From assembly GCA_964252035.1 (NCBI GenBank), contig OZ176209.1: a stretch of DNA of 64,000 nt, one strand, 5' to 3'. This document shows positions 24,940-38,496 of the stretch, one piece after another. The position numbers and the translations under genes were made by a program. This DNA is from Podarcis erhardii (lineage: Eukaryota). Position 1 is the stretch's first letter; every line of letters begins with the position of its first letter. The notes under the pieces are model-generated. The model was not told the DNA's origin, ran no database searches, and was given only the letters and a program-made list of their open reading frames with translations.

Positions 24940-27900
24940 CTTGGTTAACATCCTAATCTTAAAACAAACCTCCACAGAAGCCAAACACACACCTTTACAA
25001 ACTTGACAAACCTTCCTGTTTCAGTTGCCAGCTTGGATTTTTTATTTTTTTTAATGTGCATGTATGCACACAAGGATTTCAAAGAGCTCTTTCTTAAGCA
25101 AGCTTAAGAAATGCACATGCATTTTTCTGTGCTAAACATGCATACTTGGAAGTAAGTTCTAATAAATTCCACATACAGTACTTCAGTTTTGATGATAAGC
25201 ATGTAAGGCATTGTTAGGATGCTCAGACCTGGGGCCAAACATCTGTCTGCTTACTGGGCCCTCCTCCAGGCCACACCCCTCACCTGAAGCCAGGAGTGCC
25301 AGCTTGGCCCTGCGACCTTGGGTTCCCAGGGCAGTGGGTGCCATGCAGTGTGCATAGCCCAGCACCAAAATTTATGGGTGCTCGGGTACCCAGGGAGTTG
25401 GCACCTTTGCCTGAAGCAGTGCTTCTTTCTTAGTGTAATATTATCCATGTAACCACTATTTCTTGATCCATTTGCAACTAAGGCAGGGTTGCTGAATGGT
25501 CACAGGTTCCCCACATTTGTCCTAAAATATATAAATAGCTGCCACCTTCCAGGTACCACAGGTACCATAATCCTTACACAGAAAGAAATAGGTCCTGGAA
25601 CCTGTTTGTGATGTGGGGAGCAGGTGTAGCACAAGAGGCTGTTTTGCTGAGGGATTCCCACCCCATCCCACCCCACAATCTGCCTGAGACATGCTGTGTT
25701 AGTTGCTGCCTCCGTCCCCAGGAGGTTGATGCAGTGAGACACTTTCCAGTAGGGTGGGAGGGAGGAATATGTGGTCCAAGACTATTTCATGGGATTCCTT
25801 CCCATGTTGTCCAAGAAAGAGCCCACCACACAGAAGGCAGAAGTACAAACATAGACATGTAGATTACAAACGAATGCAGAAGCACCAAATAACACATTGC
25901 ATTACAGTTTTCTACAGCAGGAGGGAAAATTAGTAGGAAAGAAGAAAAGCAGATTACAAAAGAAAGAGACTGAAAACACTCATTTATATGAGTACAGTAT
26001 TGCCATGGTGATTTTGAGCTCTGGGGCGTCACATTTTATGTAGCAAAACTGAATACTTCCCATTGAACTTACTATATAATTCATCTAAAATCTATTCTGG
26101 TATTCATGAGAAGTTGGTTAAGATATGGGGAAGCATTTTCAATCTTTACAGGTGAACAGAACAAGGGCCTCTATTTATGCATGAAGCATTTTAAGAAACA
26201 TTTCATTTTGGGGCTGTGCATCAGTCTAGAAGATGCACTTTCTTGACATCCTTTCTCCATTCTTTCAAATGCACTTCTTTGAGGTTCCATTGCATCAAAA
26301 GAGTATCTGTGTATGGACTATTTGTATAAATTGCCTGGTCAATTTGCAATACAATCTTGCAGAGTTATCTCACATACAAAGCTATTTCACCTTGGAGTTC
26401 TGAGATTTTCTATTCTCTCGCTTCATACTGTGCCTTCATGCACACCAAAATAGTATTCTTGAATTGAAATTGGTTGCTGATATTTTGAAAATTGAAACAA
26501 TACCAGCCTACTTATTAACCAATTTATGCGATCAAGTCTTGTATTCCCAGGAAAGTTCAAGCACACTTTCAATTCATGAAAGTAATTTTCAAACATCAGT
26601 GTTTACAGCAGCAGTGTGGATAGGTGGTCAGCAGTTAAATTACCATGGTTCAGGAGTTTTAGAAACCTCTGAAAACCTGAGGCAGTGTTCAGAGTTCCTG
26701 TGTTTCTTGCAGAAGGTCTGAGGTCCAATTCTTGGCACCTTCTGTCTGAAACCCAAGAGTATCACTGCCAGATAGTGTAGGAAAATATTGAGCTGGGTAG
26801 ACCAATAGTCTGACTCAGAATAAGGCAGCACTTTCACCAACCCATTGACCTGTGCCTGGGAGCAATTTCGCAACCGATGCAGACATTGCAGTAAAAACCA
26901 GGTCAAAAACTGTGTGTGCCAGGGCGGGTCCCAAACGGAAAGTAGTGCAGCATGACCCAAGTGTTTCAAGATCTGTTAATATGTAAAGTAGATTGGTATT
27001 TTTCATATTTTGTTGCTATTCATCTGAAACCAAATAGCAAAAAGTCCTAATCCATCATACTTATTTGTTTCTGGACTGAGATGTACCGCACACCATTAAT
27101 TTATTTATCCAATTTTTTTTTGTATATAACTCTTCATAAAAAATGTGGTTTGCCACCACCACACAACAAAAACTGCATAAAAAAAAATAAAATTTGAGAT
27201 CATCAAGCATTACAGAAATACATTTTTCTTAATAGCCTGCATAAGCTTGGCAACATAAACAAGTTTTCAGTTTAAAGCTTAAAACAGAAGGTTTCTGCTG
27301 AAACTCAGCTGGAGAAGCATTCCACAGAACTAAGCCAATGACACGAAAGACTCGGTTTCGTGCCACTGTATCTCACCTCTATTACTCAACTATTCTGAGA
27401 AAATAGCCTTTGGGTTGTGAGACACCATCCTGAAGGATTTCGCTCATCTCATCATCAGTCTTCTAGCTTCCCTTAACATCCTTCAGAGGTTTTGCCCAAG
27501 TAGACTACTGCACCCCCCTCGGTCAAATTTGTCCTGAGGTTCATTTTAGGTGAAATGTTGTGGTGGCAACTCTGCTTTACAGGGTAAGATTGAGTACATG
27601 TACTTCCTTTTAAAGGAGATTTCTACTAACTGAGGCAACAATTGAAGCTCTGTTATTTCCCTGCACATGGCCTTTTCAGCTGATACTGTCAAAAAAGGAT
27701 GCCATTTAAAGCGTTTTCACAGTGTGAACACATCTATCTACAAGAAAGAAGACAGACATTTCCAGCCTAATTTCAAGCTATTACACTTACTAGGTCACTA
27801 AGTTAGGTCACGCAGAACAGGTATGTTGCTGAGTTGTAGAACATAGATCAAAATGCAATAAGACATAGTGATTATACATCTTTATTCAGAGACTCTCCAG

Positions 27901-28958
27901 TCTAAATGTTGACACATTACTATATCTTGGCTGAGGACCAGCTATACAGAAGATTCTGGTAGTGAGTTATCTGCAACTTAAAAGTATTCTTTCAGTTTAT
28001 TCTGATTCCTACAGTGATTCCTACAGTCTTTCGACCTGAAACTAATCTTACTTAATATGCAGCTCTAGTTCCGAGCCATTCTATGAGAATATTTGCAGAA
28101 GAAGCACTTGGGAGTCATCAGTAAATAATAAAAAGCAAGTGGTTATATGGTAATATGCATTCCATGTGCAGTGCTAATAATACACAAGTATCTTCTTTAA
28201 TACTTGGATTCACCTCACTGTGGCAGGAAGCTAAAAATATCAGAAACTCACATTACAGATCTGTACGATGAACTATATTTTCCCCCTACCATTAGAAGTG
28301 TGTGGTTTCCATTGAGTACTATGGGAAGAAGTAAAGGAGTTTCAGAGACACAGCTGAAAGGGAAGCAAGACCTAGTCAACAACCCAGGCTCCAGAGTCGG
28401 GGGGCAGACAACATGCTTTCCCCTCACCATTGCATCCTTGTACACTTTGAATGATGTGGTTTTAAGTCAGAGTTTAACTATGTCATTATGATTGGGGAGA
28501 GGGGGTGCGCCACACTGTCTTAATAAAAATATGAACATCCCAAAAAATGTATTCCTATTCGCCCCGTCCTCATTTCGCTGAAGTCAATGTCTCTCTTGCC
28601 TTCAAACATACTTCCCAGCAGGCTATTCTCTCTCCAGCAAACATCCTCCTATCTGCTCCCTCCCACCAGTTCCCAGCCCCCTCTCTATGAACGGAAATGC
28701 AAAGTTAACATATGATAAAAGCATGGCTGGGCCATTCAAGCAAACTGGGGATGGATTTACAGTGCAATTGGGTTGCTCATACAAACATTTTTTTTGGTTT
28801 GCAGAAGTTTTCCACCCTTCCCCCTGTTCCTTCCTTACACAATAGGTGGGAATAACTGGGCAGAGGGTGCCTCCTTAAAATTAATATATGATCTATGGCT
28901 GCAACCTGATTATTATTATTATTATTATTATTTTGGAAAAAAAAACATTTTTTTAGCA

Positions 28959-29096
28959 GAATCATATACAGTAATTGGAAGGGATGCTGAGGATCACCTA
29001 GCTCAACCCCTTGCAATGCAGGAATATGTAGCTGTCCCTTACGGGGATTGAACTTGCAACCTTGGTATTATCTGCACGCTCTAACCAGCTGAGCTA
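28959..29096 (-). mobile_element. POM/Squam2-like tRNA-CR1 SINE
   Basis: Homologous to the 23125-23704 host SINE (TAGCTCAGCTGGTTAGAGCG head). Confidence 0.7.
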
Positions 29097-29797
29097 ATAT
29101 GAGTTTAGTAAGCATCATCTTAGACCAGGCACCTATGTGAGAGAAAAGAGGGTGTGTCTATTAAGAGGGTGCTTGCCACCTGCAGTTTTGTTTTACACGC
29201 GCGCGCGCACACACACACAGGCTGATGAAACAGAGGCACTTTTACGACAAAAACTTATTCTGAAACAATTAATCCAACCCATTTGTCAATTGAATGCTGC
29301 AGCCTTAATGAAAGCTGCCAGTTATTGCAATGAGATTTTAAATTTTTGAAAGCCACCCTAAGTGTTGCATGGGCACTAGAAGGGTTCGAAGAAACATTTC
29401 GTGCATATATAGATAAATATACTGAGCCAATATATTTGGCACTTTACAGGGGCAGACTCGGGTAATCTTATGTCATATGGTGCCCAGTGTGAAGCCAAAA
29501 TTTGGCATCCCTGAGTGGATCTTCTCCATTTTGTGCCCCTTGGCTCAACGCACTATGCAGGTTCAATCTCCTGCACCATCCTAAATCCTGACTTTTAATC
29601 CTTTTATGGCTGCCTAGTTTGCCATGTAGCAGCTCCCCAATGCTTTGTTCACATAAGCAGTACCCCCACCTCCTAGTTTCACCACTTTGGCCATCGCTGT
29701 TTTTTACTACACCTGTTGACATGAGGCAGGAACCCTTGCTAACTGCTGTATTGTTTTCAATGCCTGCTGAAAACTTTTTATCTTTAAACTTCAAGTC

Positions 29798-29935
29798 CAG
29801 TGCTCCCCCCCCCCAAGGGGTACACAGTACCATCACCGTTTTTCTTTGCAAGAAAAGCACTGGTTAAAAGTATGGCACTTACTGTAACAACTTCATGGTG
29901 AGTTCTGGCATTTTTTTTCTAGAGGAAAAGCACTG
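29798..29935. mobile_element. hAT-like MITE (CAGTGCT family)
   Basis: CAGTGCT start, AAAAGCACTG ends, shares an internal sequence with 690-801. Confidence 0.55.
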
Positions 29936-30229
29936 AGCAAGCCTATCATCCCTGACATAGTACATTCATTTTTAAATATACAGTTTTATTATTAGGCTAA
30001 GATAGCTCTTTGATTAGGCTAAGATATGCTTTTCTAAATAAATAGGGGGTGGGGGTGGAAATAAAATTGCTTCAGCATGCCACAGGAAAGTGCTCAAGGT
30101 AAGGGGGGGGGGCTGACTAGGATAGTCTTGAGCAGTCATGGAGCCAGTCTAGGTGCAGAAGTGAGGCAGGACTCTTTGAAGTGATGAGGAAACACTTGTG
30201 TTAAAAGCTGTGCTTTTTTGTTTAAAAAA

Positions 30230-30740
30230 GAAGTGTGTGCCATTCTGGACAAAATGCGAGACCAGGGAGAAGAGTTGGTGGAAGAAGATTGGAAAAAAAT
30301 TAAAGATTATTTACAGAAATATTGTAAAATTAATGAGCTTTAGAAAAAAGGTGGAATGAAGCTATATGGCTTTGGCAGAAATGTTAATGTTAAAAGGAAC
30401 TAGGTACAGATAGATTGTTAATGCATTAAAGGGAAAAAAACTAGGTTAGAATATGTTAAGATTAATTATAGGACAGAAAACAGATGAAGATGGAAAGGAC
30501 TTGCTGAAATAGTTAATTGAAGTGGAATACAAAAAGGGAGATGTGAGGAAGTCAATGAAACAAGTGAATGAAAGTTAAGATTGAAAATATTGGAAGTGTT
30601 TTTAATTGTTTTTGTTTTGTTTTGTTAACTCAATGTTTTATGTAGCGTTTTTGTTTTTGTATTTTATTATATTGTTATGTCTAATTTTTCTTTTTTTTGT
30701 AATTTCCAAACTCTTAATAAATATTATTTTAAAAAGAACA
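30230..30740 (+). mobile_element. L1 LINE 3' end
   Basis: Degenerate ORF2 C-terminus ..EELVEEDWKK.KDYLQKYCKINE, then a T-rich 3' UTR, AATAAA and an A-rich tail. Confidence 0.65.
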
Positions 30741-33700
30741 AAATGCAGAAGCTGAAAGGCATGGTGGGCTCAACTACCATGAGTGAATCATGCTATCCTG
30801 CATCGCTCAAATGTCCCCCAGCTCTCTACTTCATCAAATCTCTATTTTATTTCCAATCCCAGGGAAAAGTGTGTTTCTCCTCTCTGCTGTTCTTCTAAAC
30901 TCCTCTTCCTCTTCTTCAGTATTTAACTCTCTTATTGCATTAATTAAAACCAGCCAAGCAGAAGGTGATGCAGCTTGTGGGAACAAGGCTCAGAAACATT
31001 TTGTACTGTCGGTAACTACACACAGCATGACATCACCCCACACTGTTTGCAGTGGTGCACAATGGCATATAAACATTTATGCCACAACCCAATCCAGAAT
31101 TTACTGTGCTTCAGCTCCTTGGTTTCTGTGGCTTCCAAGACAATTAACTCCGTGATATAAAGTGAAGTCTAAAATGGATGAATAATGACAAGAACACCAT
31201 CTAACTAAAGTTGCATAAAATACATGTTTGTTTATGCAGATAAATATGCTGAGCATACTGTGTTGCTTTTCAAGGAGATGGAAACATCCCTAGAAATAGA
31301 TTGGGTTTTGCCTATCCAAGTTTTTAAGCACCACTGATTTCTAGTGGGAGAGATTTCAAGCTTTCGCTTTATTCTTCCATTTGAGATGATGGAACTTAAA
31401 AGTAGTTGGCTGGTTGTATTGGACCCCATTTTTTCAAAAGGGCACAAATAGGAAGCCATTTGTTTTTTTAATTCACTTCCTCTCCTCCTTGAAATGGGCA
31501 CTGCCAGCATGAAATTCTGAAAGATACATATTTTCAGCACATTTGCTTTTGTTTCTGGCATCTTTTAGATTGCCTGGCAGCATGGAAGCTGGAGTTGTTA
31601 TCTGGCCTTCTCAGTGTTCCTGCTGCTGTTTTCATATGGATTCTAGAGCTTTAAACAATAATTATGTATTTGTAAAATAAGACCTCTTTTTAAAATATTA
31701 CGTTGACAGTCTCAGCAAATCTTTATTTGCTAGATGTTTTTGACATTTTTGGTCAGGAAACAAATATGTAACTTGGTTCCCACAAGTTTAGTAGGAAAAT
31801 TCTGCTATTTATTATTTGACCTATATCTGTGTTTTTTTAAAGGCTAGCAAACATTTTGCCAATGCCTTCCCAAACTCTCTTGGGTGATTTGGGGGGGGGG
31901 GGGCGAGGACTGCAGCTGATCTTCTCCAGTATCACCTGATATGAGTATCAGGTGATTTAAAACGTTACAATTCCGCATCTCAGCCACACAAACATGCAGT
32001 TTTATTTTTTTTTTATTATAAACATTTAAAATACAGATACAGTTCATTTTGCCACCATACATACACCCCATTCTTGCTATAATTTTTCACAAACACAGAA
32101 TTTTTGCACAACTTGCAACAATTACAGCACACATTGCATAACAAGTGGGTGAACCACTTTCTTGGGGAAACAGCAACAATAAAAAAGAGTCTTGTAGCAC
32201 GTCAAAAACATTATTATGGCAGAAGCTAGCCTGTGACGATGAACATTTTTCCTTTGAGTCTGTGTTGAGCTTTATGTTTGTGGTTGAAGTCAACAAATAT
32301 ATATTTAATGTTAAAATATGTGTAATATGCAACAGTCTGGCTAGATCAAAAAGTTGACAGTTGTGTTGACAGAATTTGTTAGCTGCAAAAAGAGGAGTGT
32401 GGTGCAGTGAGGGGGAGGTAAAGATAAAAATTGGACACTGAAGCAGGAGGATGGTCAGGGTTATTGAGGGAGTAGGCTAAAGATTGGCTTTGTACCATTT
32501 GGGTGAGGGAAATTCCACCTTCACTGATATCCTTTAGGCTCACAACAACCCTGCAAAGTAGGCTAGCCTGAGAGAGATTTGCTCAAGGCTGAGTATAGAT
32601 CTGAATGTGACTTTCAAACACAGTTGAGTGTACATTTCACATATACCCAAATACAACCCTGTAAGCTAGGAACAGGGAAGTGACAGCCATGCTGGCTGGA
32701 GCAGATGAAAGTAGGGAGTCCAGCAACATCTGCAGGCTAAGTGTCAGGGATGAAGGGAGTTGTGCAGCAACACTTGAAGGGCCACAGATTCCCCAACAAC
32801 AAAAATTAACATGCAAATTCATTGGGAATGGTTGTTTAAGAAAATAATAGTTCAAATGTAGGTTTCACCTTTCTTGTTCTGATAATTTACCACCATGAGC
32901 AATATCTGTGAGTGCTCATATATACATTCTGCTCTGCTCTTGTATTCGCATCTGTAGCAAATCCAAAAATGTTTCCTGCACCCCTTGGGAATCTTCTTTC
33001 CAACTATCTACTTTTCTGTCTGTCTTTAGACATGCACACACAGTGAGGTAACTCCTTCATCTGACAAAATAAACTCTCATGAAAATATATGCCGCGGTAA
33101 CTCAGTTCTACAAGAGTCAATTGTCTTTGGTTGTACTCTCCTGAGTGCTCCTCCCAGACAATCTATTTATTAAGCATTCTTCCTGATTTGCTTCTACAAA
33201 GCTTCCACAGAAGTTAGATTATATTCAGCATTTATTGAACATTTATTCTGATTTTCTTTGTGTTGAGCTTATATAAGAACATAACAACATAATACAGTAA
33301 ACATTCATCCTAATTTGCTTGAGGGGACTGCAGGTGTTATCAGACTTCCATTAATCATTTGTTCTTTCCCCACTCCTCAATGCATTTCCCAGTCACTTCT
33401 CTAACAGCAAAAAGTCTGTTTGGTTTTTCTTAAGTGTATCTGTTGCTCTGAGGTGCCAGGGCAGGTTAAATCACTTTAGTTGCAGAAGCCTAAAATTTCT
33501 GGTATGAGGTTGAATCCCTCCTGCAAAATACTGACAGTCTGGAGGATCCCTGACTCTTATAAAGAGATTGTAGAACAAGACAGAGCTGCCCCACTTACCA
33601 AGAACAGACCTGCCTCATTGCTTCCCCAGTAAAAGTTCCTTAATGCCCTGTCACAGTAATGTATATGTATCCAATAATTTTGACTGGCTGCTACTAGTCT

Positions 33701-34491
33701 GTGTTGTTATGCAAGAGATTATCTGGAGTTGCAGAGTGATCTTTTCTTTGGGGTGGATTCTTCCTTTGGAAAAACACATTCAGTTTCCAAGGCAGATTAT
33801 GTCCCATTAGCAGACTCTGCTATGGACTGATTTAACCTTTTGTTCTGTTTTAATAGCCACAGAGTGTCCTTTAAAACAACTCTCAAATGCATGTCAGGAA
33901 TATATAGAAGACATGAATGCTCATGGCAGGACTTGCCCTTCAGTTTGGAGGGTGGGAGAGAAATTGTGTCTGTGTGCTTACTGCACTTCTCATTTGACTG
34001 TGGCAAAATGAAAAAGGGAAAATAATTACCGTACATTGCACACTTTCAGTTTCTCCTCTTGCACAGAGAAAAACAATACTTTGAGTAGAACTGTTGTTGG
34101 TAAAAAGAACAGCCTTTCAGCTGCTTTTGATCATGGCTTCCACTATCCTGATCAGGATTGGGATTTTATAAACGCCCATTAAAAAAAATTACTCCTTGAA
34201 ACGTTTGCTTCCTGGTGGGTGAGCTCTCCTCCTTAAGAGGAGTGGTGGCAGCACAGAACATTCTGAGCCAATCCAAGCCCATTGTGGCTCCATTGATCTC
34301 CACACCCATGGAGTCGCCAAAATATATTCCTATGTGAGGCTGCTACAGATCTTTCAGGAGCCTGATGTATTTGGTAATAGGAGTGACATAGCAAAGGCAG
34401 TCATGCTCTTGGCAAACTCCTGCATTTAATGGGATTTGTGCAGAAGAGGGTCCAAGTGGATTACTCCAGTAACTGTGAATAAGCACAGCAA

Positions 34492-34615
34492 CAGATAGGT
34501 AGCCGTGTTGGTCTGCCATAGTGTATCTGAAGAAGTGTGCATGCACACGAAAGCTCATACCAAGAACTGACTTAGTTGGTCTTTAAGGTGCTACTGGAAG
34601 GAATTTGTTTTGTTT
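34492..34615. mobile_element. Penelope-like pseudo-LTR insertion with 5' inversion; hammerhead motif at 34523-34560 (+)
   Basis: 12-bp TSD TAAGCACAGCAA (34480-34491 and 34616-34627). Intact GUAU-CUGAAGA..GAAAGCUC-AUAC motif. Confidence 0.75.
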
Positions 34616-35509
34616 TAAGCACAGCAAGTTGTGTTTATGCAGATTTCTGTAATCTTGTTATCTGAAGACCCTACTAGCAAAAGGTTGGTTAATAAAGGAG
34701 GTTGTCACCAAATGATGTGGAAAGTCATTTGCATATATGCTGATTGTTTTACCAAGTCTGTTGAATGGAATGCAGGTGAATACTCAGCACTGTTTTATTA
34801 ATGTGTGTGTGGAAATGCCCATCTGAGGGTTCATACACACTTCAGCTTAACCCATATTTTGATTTTATGGCATAATGATTAATCCCCCTGCCGCTGAGTC
34901 TGAGAGCTTTTCTCTTTGTTCCACAGCTGTGCCTTGCCAAAATCCGGTCTCACCCGCTGAACTGAAGCTCAGTTAAACAAAATCTCTCTGGAAATTTTTT
35001 GCACATCTGGTAAGATCAGACTCAGAATTCTGCCCACACCTTCCTGTGGAACTGGCAGAAACTGATTTCCTTTCCCAGATTCAACTTGAGAAATTAATAT
35101 GCAGGTTGCAATGGTTGGTCTTGTTTTACCAATTTGTCTTCCTTACCTTTAAAACATCCAAGGTGTCAGATAGAACCAGGAAATTATCTTACTGCAATTT
35201 TATGACAGGAAAGCCAATGAGGCTCATCTCTCTCTAACACACACTCATAGATATACGAGCTGCAGTTATCTGTATTTTGTGTTAATTATGAAATTCATTT
35301 TTCACTGATTTATTTCTGTCTTTTGCAGGAAGATAGCGGCTTTTACTCTGCTTGTACTTAACACTGCCTCAAAATGAGCCTGATATGAGCATTGATATGA
35401 TATTAAAACAGGGGAGTGAAACCTGTGAGAGTTCACAAGGGACATTCTAACCTTCTGCAGCATAAGAAGAGTAATGGAGGACTGTAGCAGTCCCAATAAA
35501 TAACAAACC

Positions 35510-35513
<4 letters not shown>

Positions 35514-35545
<32 letters not shown>
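35514..35545. repeat. (CA)n microsatellite
   Basis: Direct observation. Confidence 0.95.
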
Positions 35546-35547
<2 letters not shown>

Positions 35548-37599
35548 AAGTTACTTGTATAAGAATTATCTTATGCTGAATATAGGTAAATACAGCATTT
35601 TTTCTTCTTCTTGTGTGTTCCTCTTTTGCTGCTTTCCCCATATTTGTATGTCCTTTGCAAATGAAATTATGTGGTTGTTTATAACTTATTGAAAAGATTT
35701 CAGCTCTCAAAGGGCTCCAAGGTACAGACAGACATATTTTATATTCATTTACAATTTTGAAATAAAAAAAATTCTGATGATACTGGATTTTGAGATACAT
35801 AAACACACAATACGGTTAACTTTGAAAGGGTAAAAAATTCTAATCTTGTGTCCCAGTGACCTGTATTCTGTTCCTCTTGTTTTCCCTCCAATTGTGTATT
35901 TCAGAAACACCCAGGAGCTCAAATCTGGCTACTCCTGTGAGGGCACCAAAACCTGTTTCCTGGGTCCAACACCATGTCTGCTTGAATGAAACAGATGCAT
36001 TATGCTTCCCTGACACTGAAGCAAATAGAGATGCACTTTTCCACCTGGAAATCTAAGTGTGTATTGGGTGACTTCAGAGCCTAGTAGAGTAGCAAGTAAA
36101 TTAAATCCTGATGCCACTGAAACGGCAGGATTTTTATTTTTTTTAAATTAAGCATGCTGCAATAGTTTTGCCTGACAGAAGTCTGCTTGGAAATAAGTCC
36201 CATAGAGCACAATGGCTCTTAATCCAGCTAAGCATCCATAGGATTGCCGTTTAGCAGATCAAGCCAGCCCTGTCCTTTCCATTGTTTTCACACTCATTCG
36301 TTTTGCTCCAGCATCACCTTTGGTCAAACAGGTTTTGCAAAACTTGCAAATGAAGGTCATCCTGAGATGACTTAACTCTCTGCCTGCTCCCAGCCTAAGA
36401 ACGTGAATGGCTGCATAAGCATGTGGTTTTTCAAGATCCATTTTTTCAATGGGTTTATGGACTGTGTGTGCATATACATCTGAAATTATAGGAACCAAAC
36501 TACCAGGCAGTTATACCAGATTTAAATAGCAAAGTATGGGAAGATTTGGTCTTGTATTCACAACAGGCTTCTATCTACAACAGGGCTAGTTTCTGAGATA
36601 ATTGAAACATTATTAAAGTGGCATGCTTAATAACCAGCAATCTCCACAGGGTTAGATCTTAATACAGTCTACCAAAAGAGAGCCATAGAATCAGCATGAT
36701 GTAATAGGGCATCACAAGGGGACATGAATGCATATGTGTAAAAATTCCATTGCCCTTTTCCTTCTCACAGCTAAACTTTCTGGTTTTCTTCCCAACGTTT
36801 CCATCTTGTTGCTATTACTGAATCTAAGTTTCTGTCAAATTAAATAAAATACCTGCACAGGGTGAGCTATTTCTTACAGACGCAGAAATATTAGCATAGT
36901 AAATGAAACCATAACTTTTCTGCTTGCCATTCTCTTCTATAACTTTTGCATCATTATTTTATTATTTTTACGTCGTTAACTTTTTATTCCTTTACTGCAA
37001 GGGGTTGGACTAATGACCCTCAGGGACCATTCCAACCCTACAATTCTATGATCATTCTATTTAGCTGTTCTTATGTCCTCCAAGAACCCTGACTTTGGAA
37101 GCAACAGTCTTATCGGTTGAACACCATCTCCATGGGTTATAAGAAATTAAAATAAGCCTTCTCACTTTTATCTATTTGGGTTAGGACTTTAATATTTTTA
37201 TCCTTATATTATTCCTGTAAGCTAGCAAAATAATTTTTGATCTACAAAAATACATCTATAAAGCTATGTGGAGCCCAGCTACACAGCTAACACATTAAAA
37301 ATATAACTGCTAGGAGGCAGGAAGCCCTTTGTTTAAATCTCACCTTGTCACCCCAGACAAATCATGAATTGTAACCATGGTTTGTTCTTGGTTTACCACT
37401 CATCGTTTGCCTGCAAAAGACAAACTATGTGTCCGACTTTGTACAGAATACTAAGCCAAACCATGGCTTAGCCCTGGGTAGTGTGACATCACAGGAGCAG
37501 ATATTAAAACAACTTAGAAAAAAGAATTCACAACCACACAAACAAGATGGGTCCTGGAAACACACATCATAGGTGTTAAAAGAATTAAGAGGTATGTCT

Positions 37600-37770
37600 T
37601 CATTATTTGCCAGAACCAACTGAGGTTTCTGACTTGTATTCAAGGGCAATTCAATGTAGAGCGCACTGCAATATTCCAATCTGGAAATTACCAGAGCATG
37701 AAGCACAGTGGTCAAGTCATCTCTGTCTGAAAGATGTTGTAGCTGGTGAACCAGCCATAGCTGAAAAAAG
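37600..37770 (-). mobile_element. L2 LINE ORF2 fragment
   Basis: TTVLHALVISRLEYCSALYIELPL..QKPQLV resembles the L2 motif HALVTSRLDYCNALY.GLP. Boundaries approximate. Confidence 0.6.
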
Positions 37771-38213
37771 GCTCTTTTTGGATTTCTGCCCCTCCAGCCT
37801 TCCTGATAAAGATAACTGCACGCTCTTCATAAAGGCAAAACACACGCAAAGCACTTTGAAACTTGTTGTTTTCACCCCCCCTCTAGTACACTTTTATTGA
37901 CTGCTTCTGTCTCATTCAAATCTCCACAGCAATCCCCCCCCCAAACCAAATTCATCCTTTCTGTGGGAGGTTTGAATGAAGTCATAGGTGGCCAGACCTG
38001 GTCTATGATTTCTCACTCAGGCTCCTGGCATTTAGATGCTGAAGAGCAGCATATGTTAGAGATTGCTACCTTGACCAGGTTCACAGTCTAGTCCTATTTA
38101 TACCCAGCTGGCCAATCTCATGGTTCCATACTGCCTGTCAATCAAAGAACTTCATTCCCTACTATAGCAGTGATTGGCTGAGGTGTTTTAGTGTCACATA
38201 TGAAGGCTGACCC

Positions 38214-38496
38214 AAGAAGAAGAAGAAGAAGAAGAAGAAGAAGAAGAAGAAGAAGAGTAGTAGTTTGGATTTGATATCCCGCTTTATCACTACCCGAAGG
38301 AGTCTCAAAGCAGCTAACAATCTCCTTTCCCTTCCTCCCCCACAACAAACACTCTGTGAGGTGAGTGGGGCTGAGAGACTTCAGAGAAGTGTGACTAGCC
38401 CAAGGTCACTCACCAGCTGCAGGTGGAGGAGCGGAGACGCGAATCTGGTTCACCAGATTACAAGTCCACTGCTCTTAACCACTAAACCACACTGGC
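38214..38496 (-). mobile_element. MIR/CORE-like (Squam3-like) SINE with (CTT)n tail
   Basis: Minus-strand head GCCAGTGTGGTTTAGTGGTTAAGAGC, CORE-like GTGACCTTGGGCTAGTCAC, L2-type tail and an (AAG)n array at 38214-38255. Confidence 0.8.
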
